This document shows, in pieces, positions 1 through 8,693 of a DNA stretch of 64,000 nucleotides; positions within the stretch are counted from its first letter, which is position 1, and every line of letters starts with the position of its first letter. Origin of the DNA: Eubacteriales bacterium (GTDB lineage: Bacteria > Bacillota > Clostridia > Oscillospirales > CAG-272). The DNA lies in the NCBI GenBank assembly GCA_045580835.1, contig JAZNOM010000091.1, positions 1,552 to 65,551 on the forward strand. The letters are read 5' to 3'. The position numbers were made by a program, and so were the translations under genes. The notes under the pieces are model-generated. The model had not been told where the DNA came from. It made no database searches and worked only from the letters and a program-made list of their open reading frames with translations.

Positions 1-498
1 ATCCCCTCCGAGGAAGTGTTTGTTTCGCCGATGCGCGGCAAGGCGGAGGGCATTGTCTACTCCACAAAGCCGCTTTCCTACAACGGTCAGCTTATTGAAA
101 ACTTCTCCATTCGCTTTGAGGGCGGTAAAGCTGTTGAAGTAAAGGCAGAGAAGAACGAGGAGCTGCTTCGCACCATGATAAACATGGATGATGGTGCAGC
201 TTATCTCGGCGAGGTTGCGCTTGTGCCTTATTCGTCACCGATAAACAAGCTTGGCTTCCTCTTCTACAATACACTTTTTGACGAAAACGCATCCTGCCAC
301 TTAGCCCTCGGCGCAGGCTACACCAACACCCTCCGCGACTATGACAAGTACACCAAGGAAGAGCATAAGGAAATGGGCGTAAACGACTCGATTATTCACG
401 AGGACTTTATGATTGGCTCGGAGGATCTTTGCGTAGTTGCTACCACACGCGACGGCAAGCAGGTAGAAATCTTCAAAAACGGCGAGTGGGCATTTTAA
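1..498 (-). other. placeholder-free note: see + strand CDS
   Basis: No feature on the minus strand here; the 66-aa antisense ORF at 92-292 is considered spurious. Confidence 0.05.
1..498 (+). CDS. Aminopeptidase, M29 (AmpS/PepS) family, 5'-truncated by the window edge
   Basis: Frame is open from base 1 (IPSEEVF...). M29 motifs GEVALV, NTLFDENASCHLALG and NDSIIHEDFMIG are present. Confidence 0.9.
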   Translation: MPSEEVFVSPMRGKAEGIVYSTKPLSYNGQLIENFSIRFEGGKAVEVKAEKNEELLRTMINMDDGAAYLGEVALVPYSSPINKLGFLFYNTLFDENASCHLALGAGYTNTLRDYDKYTKEEHKEMGVNDSIIHEDFMIGSEDLCVVATTRDGKQVEIFKNGEWAF

Positions 499-510
499 TA
501 TAATTAAATA

Positions 511-678
511 AGGTAAATTGAAGTTTATCTAATCACTTCAAAATGCAAGCATTTTGAAGTGGAGCAAAACCGTTCGCTCGCGCCGTGCTCGACCGCACGC
601 GGTTTTTAAGGAGTAAAAAAGCCGGCGCATGTCCGTCTTTTTTACGAGGATTCTAGTATTATAAACTTTAATTTATCT
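511..678. mobile_element. MITE-like multi-hairpin element between convergent genes
   Basis: Terminal inverted repeat AGGTAAATTGAAGTTTAT (511-528) vs ATAAACTTTAATTTATCT (661-678), 16/18 match. It encloses three hairpins, e.g. CACTTCAAAATGC-AA-GCATTTTGAAGTG. Confidence 0.5.
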
Positions 679-1654
679 TCATATATCCATTCTTCACCCA
701 ACCAAGCTTGCGGAAGGTGAGGTCAAACGCAAGGGTGAGCAGTGCAGGCAGCACAAAGTGCATCAGCAATACGATTATTGCGGTGTTTACAGATGCGCCC
801 ATTGCACCAAACGCGCCAAACTGACCTACAAGACCGGACGTGCCCATACCTGCGCCGGTGGATGTGTTTGTCATGCCGAGCAATGCAGTGGATATGGGAC
901 CTAAAATTGCCGATGCAAGAGTGGGCGCAAGCCAGATTTGCGGACGTTTTAAAATGTTGGGGAACTGGAGCATGGAAGTGCCGATGCCCTGCGAGAGTGC
1001 GCCGCCAAAGCCGTTTTCGCGAAAGCTTGCCGCCGCAAAGCCTATCATCTGGCAACAACAGCCGACACATGCGGCACCTGCCGCAATGCCGTCAATGCCA
1101 ATCGAAATGCAGATAGCCGCCGAGGAGATCGGCGCGGTGAGCGCCATGCCGATTACAACGGAAACGATAATTCCCATGGGGATGGGCTGCATGGCGGTTG
1201 CAGTGTTGATAAAGTCTCCGAGCCATTGCATAAACTCGTTTATGTAAGGACCTACAAAGATACCCACAAAGCCGCCTGAAAGAATTGTCAGCGCGGGGGT
1301 AAGAATAATATCAAGCTTGGTTTTGCCGCATACAAGGCTGCCAATCTCCACGCCGATAACCGCGGCAATGTACGCGCCGATAGGGCCGCCGAGTGCGTAG
1401 CCGAGGGCGCCCGTAACAGTGCTTGTGAAAAGCACGAGCGATTTTGCGCCAAGCGAATAAGCAATTGCAACGCCGATTGCGCTTCCGATAACGGGACTTG
1501 ATGCACCGATTTGTCCCGTGAATTTTGCCAGAAATGACAGAGCGGGAATGCTTGAAAGCTGATTGAAAATCGTGCCAATAATAAGTGAGGCGAAAAGACC
1601 TTGCGCCATTGCGCCCATCGCCTTTATAAAATAGCGGTCAAAAAAGTTTTTCAA
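668..1654 (-). CDS. PTS EIIC-like / PfoR-family membrane protein
   Basis: Hydrophobic 328 aa with MA.GLFASLIIG, TAPISSAAI, QGIGTSMLQFPNI and GAGMGTSGLVG. TTG start preceded by AAGGAG. Confidence 0.8.
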   Translation of the reverse strand: MKNFFDRYFIKAMGAMAQGLFASLIIGTIFNQLSSIPALSFLAKFTGQIGASSPVIGSAIGVAIAYSLGAKSLVLFTSTVTGALGYALGGPIGAYIAAVIGVEIGSLVCGKTKLDIILTPALTILSGGFVGIFVGPYINEFMQWLGDFINTATAMQPIPMGIIVSVVIGMALTAPISSAAICISIGIDGIAAGAACVGCCCQMIGFAAASFRENGFGGALSQGIGTSMLQFPNILKRPQIWLAPTLASAILGPISTALLGMTNTSTGAGMGTSGLVGQFGAFGAMGASVNTAIIVLLMHFVLPALLTLAFDLTFRKLGWVKNGYMKIN

Positions 1655-1756
1655 GTTTTTTCTCCTTTTTTGAAATATTGTGGTTTATTTTAGCACAACG
1701 TACTTGAAAATTCAATAGTAATTAGTTAAACTATATACATAAACGGAGGACTTTTT

Positions 1757-2788
1757 ATGGATTTGCAATCGACTTATGACTTTAGCAGTGCAAAGAAGGC
1801 GTTTTCGCGCATAGGCATTGCGCTTGTTATGTTTTTTATATCTACATTCGCGGCGCAGCTTTTATTTGAGGCGGTATGTGTGTTGTTGTTTCCCGATTTT
1901 TTAAAAAACGGAATCACGCCGCAAATGGCGGTGATTATTTCTTCGGCAACGATGTACCTTGTAGGTGTTCCCGTATTTTATCTTTGTGTGCGCTCGCTCG
2001 ATACCTTTGAGGGGGATAGCGCAAAATGCTCGGTTAAAACGCTTTTCGTTGCTTTTGTTATTTCTTATGCGCTTACCTATCTCGGTCAGATGCTCGGCGA
2101 TGCGGCAACAGCGTTTATCTACAATACAATGAATATCAAGCTTGTTTCCGAGACGATTGAGATTATCAGACGGATTTCGTGGGTGGATGCGCTTGTCTTT
2201 TCGGTAATTATCGGACCGTTTTTTGAGGAGCTTATGTTCCGCAAGCTTATTATTGACCGCACGCGCGGATATGGCGAAAAGCTTGCGGTGATTTTTTCGG
2301 CGCTTATGTTTGCCTTTTTCCACATGAGCGTTCAGCAGTTCTTTTATACGTTTTTTGTAGGTCTGCTTTACGGATATCTCTATATAAGAAAAGGGAAACT
2401 TATATATTGTTGGGGGCTTCACGCTGCGTTTAATTTCTTTGGCGCTGTTGTGCCATTGCTTTTTACCGAGTTTGTGCCGGGCTATGACAAATTTCTTGAG
2501 CTTGCCATGGATGAAAGTGCATTTGAAGAACTTTATGCAATGGTTGAGGCAAATCCCGTTGCCTACGGTGCGGTAGCTTGCTACAGCTTTTTGACGATAG
2601 TAATGTCATTTGTGGGTATTTTCTGGTTCGCAAAGCGTTATCGCACCATGCGCTTCGAGCGCGCGGCGTTTGAACTGCCAAATGACAGCGAGGCATCAAC
2701 CGCGTTTGTAAATGTCGGTGTAATTTTGTTTATTGCCTTTGTAATAGCATACCCGTTTTTAGGTGTAGTATTGTCTGCATTTATATAA
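1757..2788 (+). CDS. CPBP (CAAX protease/Abi) family intramembrane metalloprotease
   Basis: Motifs EELMFR, FAFFH and LHAAFN; multiple TM helices; GGAGG RBS. Confidence 0.88.
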   Translation: MDLQSTYDFSSAKKAFSRIGIALVMFFISTFAAQLLFEAVCVLLFPDFLKNGITPQMAVIISSATMYLVGVPVFYLCVRSLDTFEGDSAKCSVKTLFVAFVISYALTYLGQMLGDAATAFIYNTMNIKLVSETIEIIRRISWVDALVFSVIIGPFFEELMFRKLIIDRTRGYGEKLAVIFSALMFAFFHMSVQQFFYTFFVGLLYGYLYIRKGKLIYCWGLHAAFNFFGAVVPLLFTEFVPGYDKFLELAMDESAFEELYAMVEANPVAYGAVACYSFLTIVMSFVGIFWFAKRYRTMRFERAAFELPNDSEASTAFVNVGVILFIAFVIAYPFLGVVLSAFI

Positions 2789-2791
2789 TAA

Positions 2792-2815
2792 AAGCGCTTG
2801 GAAAACCAAGCGCTT
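2792..2815 (+). terminator. Hairpin after CPBP gene
   Basis: AAGCGCTTGG-AAAA-CCAAGCGCTT. Confidence 0.6.
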
Positions 2816-3055
2816 CAGAGTGCTGACAAACACGTCAGATCGCAAGCAAGAAATAAAAGCGAAGGGAATAAATAGAAATAATTTTTCACTTTGTGTAAAA
2901 AACAAAATGCGGCAAGGGCTTTTTAAGCCCTTGCCGTTACTTGCTTTTTCGGATTTTTATCTCTACCGTACACATGTACGCCGACGAAACAAAAATCCAA
3001 AATCTGCCTGCGTTTCTCATCCTCTGTTCAGCCTGATGACTTTGTCATCAGGCTG
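2816..3055. mobile_element. 240-bp non-autonomous element (MITE) with IS1182-like ends
   Basis: Left end CAGAGTGCTGACAAA and right end TTTGTCATCAGGCTG (12/15 inverted match). It has internal hairpins and sits between two terminators. Confidence 0.5.
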
Positions 3056-3079
3056 AAAACCGCTCTTTCGAGCGGTTTT
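3056..3079 (-). terminator. Rho-independent terminator of malic enzyme operon
   Basis: AAAACCGCTC-TTTC-GAGCGGTTTT. Confidence 0.7.
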
Positions 3080-3094
3080 CATTATGTATACAGT

Positions 3095-4267
3095 TTAGAT
3101 TCTTGCAACGCCGCCGTCTTTTGCAGCCTTTACAACCGCTTCGGCAACTACCTTTGCAACATCCTTATTGAGCGCAGAGGGGATAATGTTATCCTCGCGA
3201 AGCTCGCTCTCGGGAATAAGGGATGCAATTGCATAAGAGGTTGCAACCTTCATCTCCTCGGTAATCTGGGAAGCACGGCAGTCAAGCGCACCGCGGAAGA
3301 TACCGGGGAATGCAAGTACGTTGTTGATCTGGTTGGGGAAGTCGCTGCGTCCGGTGCCGACAACTCTTGCACCTGCGGCAAGTGCTTCGTCAGGCATGAT
3401 TTCGGGGGTGGGGTTAGCCATGGGGAATACGATAGCATCCTTTGCCATGGAAGCAACCATTTCCTTGGAAACGATGCCGGGTGCGCTTACACCGATAAAC
3501 ACATCTGCGCCCTTCATTACTTCTGCAAGGTTGCCCTTTTCCATCTGACGGTTGGTAACCTTTGCTATATCTTCCTGTGCGGGGTTGTTCTCTTCCTTAC
3601 CCTCATAAATTGCGCCAAAGCGGTCAACCATAACGAGGTTCTTAAGACCGAGGTTGAGAAGGTGACGGCCGATAGAAATACCTGCACTGCCTGCGCCGTT
3701 GATAACTACCTTAATCTCATCAATCTTCTTGCCAACTACCTTGAGGGCGTTGATAAGAGCGGCTGCACATACGATAGCGGTGCCGTGCTGGTCATCGTGG
3801 AACACGGGAATATCGCAGATTTCCTTAAGTCTTTTTTCGATTTCAAAGCAACGGGGAGCAGAAATGTCCTCGAGGTTGATACCGCCGAAAGAACCGGAAA
3901 TGAGATAAATTGTGCGAACGATTTCGTCTACATCCTTGGAGCGAACGCAAATCGGAAACGCGTCAACGTCTGCAAATTCCTTAAAGAGTGCGCACTTACC
4001 CTCCATAACGGGCATACCTGCCTCAGGACCGATATCGCCGAGACCAAGCACTGCAGTACCGTCGGTGATAACTGCAACAAGGTTGGAGCGGCGGGTAAGC
4101 TCAAATGATTTCCAATAGTCCTTCTGAATTTCAAGACAAGGCTGTGCAACACCGGGGGTGTACGCTACAGACAAATCGTGACGGTCATTTACCTTTGCGC
4201 GGGAAATAACCTCAATCTTGCCTTTCCAGTCATAGTGAGCCTGCAAAGATTCCTGTTTGATATCCAT
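3095..4267 (-). CDS. NAD(P)-dependent malic enzyme
   Basis: [43 protein letters not shown] and [11 protein letters not shown]. Confidence 0.96.
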   Translation of the reverse strand: MDIKQESLQAHYDWKGKIEVISRAKVNDRHDLSVAYTPGVAQPCLEIQKDYWKSFELTRRSNLVAVITDGTAVLGLGDIGPEAGMPVMEGKCALFKEFADVDAFPICVRSKDVDEIVRTIYLISGSFGGINLEDISAPRCFEIEKRLKEICDIPVFHDDQHGTAIVCAAALINALKVVGKKIDEIKVVINGAGSAGISIGRHLLNLGLKNLVMVDRFGAIYEGKEENNPAQEDIAKVTNRQMEKGNLAEVMKGADVFIGVSAPGIVSKEMVASMAKDAIVFPMANPTPEIMPDEALAAGARVVGTGRSDFPNQINNVLAFPGIFRGALDCRASQITEEMKVATSYAIASLIPESELREDNIIPSALNKDVAKVVAEAVVKAAKDGGVARI

Positions 4268-4294
4268 GATAATACCTTCCTTTTATATGTTAAA

Positions 4295-5014
4295 TTAGTT
4301 TTTTGCAAGTGTATTTTTTACATGCTTTTTGATGCGCATTACATCCTTAAGCATTTTTATGCTGTCCGAAAGCATGTTTACCTTCGACTCCGATTCGCGA
4401 TGATTGATAATCTTTACGGGAATCTCGTTTATCTTAAAACCGAGTCTTGTGGCAAACATAATAGCTTCAAAGTCAAACGCAAAGCTATCAGTTTGGCACT
4501 TTGAGAAAACCGCTTCTGCCGCTTTGGCAGAAAACGCTTTAAAGCCACATTGTGAGTCGGAGAGCTTGAAGCCGCCAACGAGACAAAGCAGTTTAATATA
4601 AGTCTTTGAAACTATCTTTCGCAGCAAAGTATATCCCTCGTAGCCGTCCTTATGGATGTTTCGCGAGCCAATCATAACGTCGCAATTTGCCGCGGTGAAA
4701 TTATCATAGAGTGTGCGGATGATATCCGTGCCGTATGCAATATCACAGTCGGTAAAAAGGCGGATATCGCCCTTTGCAGCAAGCATGCCATGACGCACGG
4801 CGCAGCCCTTGCCGCGATTTTCACCATAGCTTACAAGGCGAATTTTTGGCAAAGTGCAGCTATCCACAATTGCTTTGGAGTTGTCCTTTGAGCCGTCATC
4901 TACAAAGATTATCTCATAGTCGTCAAACGCGCCCGACATATACTCATGCAGCGTTTTTAATGTATCGGGGAGAATCTTCTCCTCATTGTACATCGGAATA
5001 ATTAGACTAAACAT
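4295..5014 (-). CDS. GT2 polyprenyl/dolichyl-phosphate glycosyltransferase
   Basis: SLIIPMYNE, VDDGSKD, NRGKG, FTDCD and DSQCGFKAF. ATG at 5014 overlaps the upstream stop. Confidence 0.88.
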   Translation of the reverse strand: MFSLIIPMYNEEKILPDTLKTLHEYMSGAFDDYEIIFVDDGSKDNSKAIVDSCTLPKIRLVSYGENRGKGCAVRHGMLAAKGDIRLFTDCDIAYGTDIIRTLYDNFTAANCDVMIGSRNIHKDGYEGYTLLRKIVSKTYIKLLCLVGGFKLSDSQCGFKAFSAKAAEAVFSKCQTDSFAFDFEAIMFATRLGFKINEIPVKIINHRESESKVNMLSDSIKMLKDVMRIKKHVKNTLAKN

Positions 5015-5855
5015 TATTTTTTTCGTATACGCGCACTTCAAAATCAAGAAGCGTATGCAGCCTTTCCATACTTTTAAGTTTCTCTATGCTCTCTTTTTTG
5101 GTACGGTAAAAATAAGGAGTCATTGTGAAAAGAGGATATATATCTTCGCCGATTATCTTGGCTTCATATTTAACAGAGAGCGTTTTTACAAGTTCCATTT
5201 TCTTTGGATAATCGCGGCGCTCGTCATTTTGTGTCACAACGTCGTAAAGAACGCTTTTAAGTCCGTGCAAATGATCCCTGCCTGCCGCGGCAACTATAAG
5301 TCTGCCGCCGTTTTTAAGCACGCGTGAATACTCTTCTTCAACGCATGGAGCGAAAACATTAATCACGCAGTCGCAGGACTCATCTGCAAGCGGCAAACTG
5401 TAAACACTTGCGGCGGTATAAAGCAGTTTTTCCTGCATTTCCTTTTGCTTTGCACTTTTTGCAGCGAGTTCCAGCGCGTACTTTGAAAGGTCAACGCCGA
5501 GTGCCGCCGAAAACTTATCTGCCGCACGCTCGGTATAATATCCCTCGCCGCATCCTGCGTCACAAAGAACCTCGCCGCATCCTGCTTCGGCTGCAACCGT
5601 ATCTGCAAGCGGGAGGTAATACCCTTTTCGTAAAAAAGCCTGCCTTGCCTTTGCCATCTCTTTGTCATCGCCGCTTGTGGAGGCGTGCGTATTGAGGTTG
5701 ACATATCCGCTTTTGGCTATGTCAAAATTGTGGCGGCGCATACCGCCGCATACGAGTGAGTTGCCCGAAAACACAAGCTTTTCGCCGCAAAGCGGACACA
5801 TGAGTGCGCTATTTAATTCAAACTTGTGCACACCCGTCACCGCCTGTTTTCGCAT
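5007..5855 (-). CDS. RlmA-like rRNA methyltransferase (Zn finger + SAM domain)
   Basis: CPLC...C...H-NFDIAKSGYVNL, DAGCGEGYY and MTPY. Start codon uncertain. Confidence 0.85.
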   Translation of the reverse strand: MRKQAVTGVHKFELNSALMCPLCGEKLVFSGNSLVCGGMRRHNFDIAKSGYVNLNTHASTSGDDKEMAKARQAFLRKGYYLPLADTVAAEAGCGEVLCDAGCGEGYYTERAADKFSAALGVDLSKYALELAAKSAKQKEMQEKLLYTAASVYSLPLADESCDCVINVFAPCVEEEYSRVLKNGGRLIVAAAGRDHLHGLKSVLYDVVTQNDERRDYPKKMELVKTLSVKYEAKIIGEDIYPLFTMTPYFYRTKKESIEKLKSMERLHTLLDFEVRVYEKNNV

Positions 5856-5940
5856 ATTTTCCCATTATGATTTATTATACATCTTCATTTTATCAAACGC
5901 AAGAGTTTTTGACAAATATAACATTCAAAATATGATAGTT

Positions 5941-5995
5941 CATTACATTATTGTTGAAATGTAATGTTGATTTTGCGAAATGTCGGTGATATAAT
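5941..5995 (+). promoter_or_regulatory. SigA promoter of sulP with an adjacent palindromic operator
   Basis: TTGATT-N17-TATAAT (5967-5995, TG extension). A perfect IR CATTACATT-N8-AATGTAATG at 5941-5966 abuts the -35. Confidence 0.6.
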
Positions 5996-6054
5996 TATAA
6001 AGTTGCAAAGTGCAATTACTTCCTGCAACAAATCTTTATATTTGAGGCAATGAT

Positions 6055-7641
6055 ATGAAAAAGAATCGTTCTCTCGTAAGTCAGTTTTTTGACATGCTCA
6101 AAAATGAATTTAAAGGCTATAACGGAAAATCCCTGCTCTCCGACATTATCGCAGGCATTACCGTTGGTGCAGTAGCACTACCGCTTGCACTTGCCTTTGG
6201 TGCTGCAAGCGTAGGAAATGCCGACGCTTCTATCGGTATTGTAGCCGGTATGATAACGGCTATTATCGCCGGAGTTGTAAGCGGTCTGCTCGGCGGCGGA
6301 AGTTTTCAGATTTCGGGACCTACGGGCGCAATGACCGTAATCCTCGGAGCCGTAGTTGCGGGTAAGCACGGACTTACCGGCATGTTTGCCGCAAGTTTGC
6401 TTGCAGGTATAATCCTACTCATCGCAGGCGTACTTCACTTCGGCAAAATCATTAAATTCATACCAAAGCCGGTAGTTACAGGCTTTACGTCAGGTATTGC
6501 TGTTGTCATAGCCCTTGGTCAGCTTGGCAATTTCTTCGGTGTCAAGCTTGCAGGTGAAACCACAATTGACAAGGTTGTTTACTTTTTCACCGACTGCCTT
6601 GACAAAATTGCCCTCCCCGCAATGATATGCTCCGTTGCCGTAGTTTTGCTTATGGCAGTGTATCCTAAAAAGGCGGCAAAATACATACCCGCAAGCCTTG
6701 CCGCGATAATCGTTATCACTGTTATTACAGCACTCTTCAAAATCCCCGTAGAAAGCATCGGCGCGATACCGCGCACGTTTATCAACTCCGAACACCTTTC
6801 CTTCAGCGACATAAACCTTGAACTTATAGGAGACGTTGCAGGCTCTGCAATTACAATTGCACTTTTAGGCATGGTTGAAAGTCTGCTTTGCGGCGCTTGT
6901 GCGGCAAATATGAAAAAGGAAAGCTTCAACTCAAATATTGAACTTGTCGCGCAAGGTGTAAGCAACATTTTCATTCCTTTCCTCGGCGGTGTTCCTTCTA
7001 CTGCGGCAATAGCACGTACTAGCGTTGCGGTAAAAAGCGGCGGCAAAACCCGTCTTGCCAGCCTCTTTCATTCAGTATTCCTCATCGCATGCATGTTCAT
7101 TCTCTCCGGTGCAATCGGTCTTGTTCCGTATGCGGCTCTTGCCGGCGTGCTTGTAATGACGGCGGTGCGTATGAATGAATTTGACGCTATTAAACTCTAT
7201 TTTAAAAACAAAATGTGGGGTCCTATCGCGCAGTTCCTCATCACAATGATTGCAACTGTACTGCTTGACCTTACATACGCAATCGTTATCGGCGTTGTTC
7301 TTTCGTTTGCAATATACGGAGCAGACATGTTAAAGCTCGGTAAAAAGTGCGAAAAACTTACCGTATGCAAAGAACTTGCAGACGGCAATGCAACCGTTAA
7401 TGTCAGCGGTGTTTGCTTTTTTGCAAACTCGGACAAGCTGCTTGGCATAGTATCGGAATTAAGAGAAGCAAAATCGGTTGAATTTGACCTCGGTGCTTTG
7501 GTATATGCAGACTTCACCGCTTGCGAGTCACTTGCGGAAGCTTGCGAAAGTTTAGAAGCCGACGGCATCGCGGTTACATTTAGAAATGTTCCTGAAAGCA
7601 CTGTCAAAACCCTTAAACGCATTGGCGTAAATATAATATAG
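6055..7641 (+). CDS. SulP/SLC26 anion transporter with C-terminal STAS domain
   Basis: DIIAGITVGAVALPLALAFG, ISGPTGA, GFTSG, ELVAQG and AIART; STAS-like C terminus. Confidence 0.92.
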   Translation: MKKNRSLVSQFFDMLKNEFKGYNGKSLLSDIIAGITVGAVALPLALAFGAASVGNADASIGIVAGMITAIIAGVVSGLLGGGSFQISGPTGAMTVILGAVVAGKHGLTGMFAASLLAGIILLIAGVLHFGKIIKFIPKPVVTGFTSGIAVVIALGQLGNFFGVKLAGETTIDKVVYFFTDCLDKIALPAMICSVAVVLLMAVYPKKAAKYIPASLAAIIVITVITALFKIPVESIGAIPRTFINSEHLSFSDINLELIGDVAGSAITIALLGMVESLLCGACAANMKKESFNSNIELVAQGVSNIFIPFLGGVPSTAAIARTSVAVKSGGKTRLASLFHSVFLIACMFILSGAIGLVPYAALAGVLVMTAVRMNEFDAIKLYFKNKMWGPIAQFLITMIATVLLDLTYAIVIGVVLSFAIYGADMLKLGKKCEKLTVCKELADGNATVNVSGVCFFANSDKLLGIVSELREAKSVEFDLGALVYADFTACESLAEACESLEADGIAVTFRNVPESTVKTLKRIGVNII

Positions 7642-7642
7642 T

Positions 7643-7668
7643 AAAACCGCGGCAAATGCCGCGGTTTT
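7643..7668. terminator. Bidirectional terminator
   Basis: AAAACCGCGGC-AAAT-GCCGCGGTTTT between convergent genes. Confidence 0.75.
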
Positions 7669-7678
7669 ATTATATAAA

Positions 7679-8557
7679 TCAACCAAGGAGATATGCATCT
7701 ATACCTCTTTTGATTATTTCTTCAAGTGTGTCGTTAAGATAGAAGTTTAGCTCGGTATCAAGCAGTTCATTTTCCACTCCGCGATATGCTTTTTTGCCAA
7801 GGCGCACATGAATCAGGTCAACGCTTATCTCCACAATACGGGCTTCATCGTTTTCGCCCACCTCGCATATCCCTGCCAATACAGTATATCTGTACCCTTC
7901 GTTTGGGCGCGACGTGCTAGTTATTTTACTTGTTGTATATAAATACTTTGTACGTATCTCAAGATTATATAGCGCAGCGCGTTCTGTATACGGTGCAATT
8001 ATCTCGCGCACCTTTGCGCGAACCTCGCGCTCCATTGGTACGATTTCATCGGTAAGGTGCGCCTTTATCTCACGGTTTTCTTTTTCATTGCGGCGGTGCC
8101 ACCACTTTTTTATACCCTCGCCGAAATAGCCTGTCACTTCACCGTCCCAATATCTTTCGATGTATCGCTTCGTGCGGCGCGTTTTACGTATAAATCCCTC
8201 CATGTAAAAACGCGGTTTCCCCTCGGGAACACCGTCAATTTGAAAAAACGGAAATATTATGTCTAAACGGTGAAGATAGCCATGGTAAGTTTCTACTTCA
8301 ACAGAACGGATATTTTTCCATAAATATCTGTTTTTCGGTGCAAACAGATAATATATACTTACGCCTTCACTGTCAAAAATGTACCCGCACGGAGTTGTTA
8401 TACAACTGAAAACGACAAGAGCTACCGCAATTACAAGCATAACAATAACGCCGCCTATATCATTTTCATCAAAGAAAACATCAGCGCAAAATATGCTGAA
8501 TGCTACGGCAAGTATATATGCTACAAACATTCGGTCTATGGCAAAATGTTTTTTCAT
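7679..8557 (-). CDS. Hypothetical membrane protein (two N-terminal TM helices, possible PH-like domain)
   Basis: ~292-aa ORF with its own promoter TTGACA-N17-TATCAT (~8589-8617). No recognised family. Confidence 0.65.
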   Translation of the reverse strand: MKKHFAIDRMFVAYILAVAFSIFCADVFFDENDIGGVIVMLVIAVALVVFSCITTPCGYIFDSEGVSIYYLFAPKNRYLWKNIRSVEVETYHGYLHRLDIIFPFFQIDGVPEGKPRFYMEGFIRKTRRTKRYIERYWDGEVTGYFGEGIKKWWHRRNEKENREIKAHLTDEIVPMEREVRAKVREIIAPYTERAALYNLEIRTKYLYTTSKITSTSRPNEGYRYTVLAGICEVGENDEARIVEISVDLIHVRLGKKAYRGVENELLDTELNFYLNDTLEEIIKRGIDAYLLG

Positions 8558-8665
8558 GATATCACCCACTCGATATACTGTTGTATATATGATAGCAGAT
8601 TATTCTTTCTTTGTCAATAACGATAAACGGTGGTAGGGGACGGCACCAGCGGTGGTGGGATACGC

Positions 8666-8693
8666 AAAAAGAGAGCCTTTCGGCTCTCTTTTT
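8666..8693 (-). terminator. Terminator of ECF-LRR operon
   Basis: AAAAAGAGAGCC-TTTC-GGCTCTCTTTTT. Confidence 0.75.

Noticed and set aside
1757-2788. CPBP protease as the activator of the ECF-LRR fusion
   Set aside because: It is 6 kb away in a separate transcription unit, and nothing in the sequence links them.
8633-8660. GTAGGGGACGG resembling a GTAG-type REP
   Set aside because: No complementary arm and no second copy in the window.
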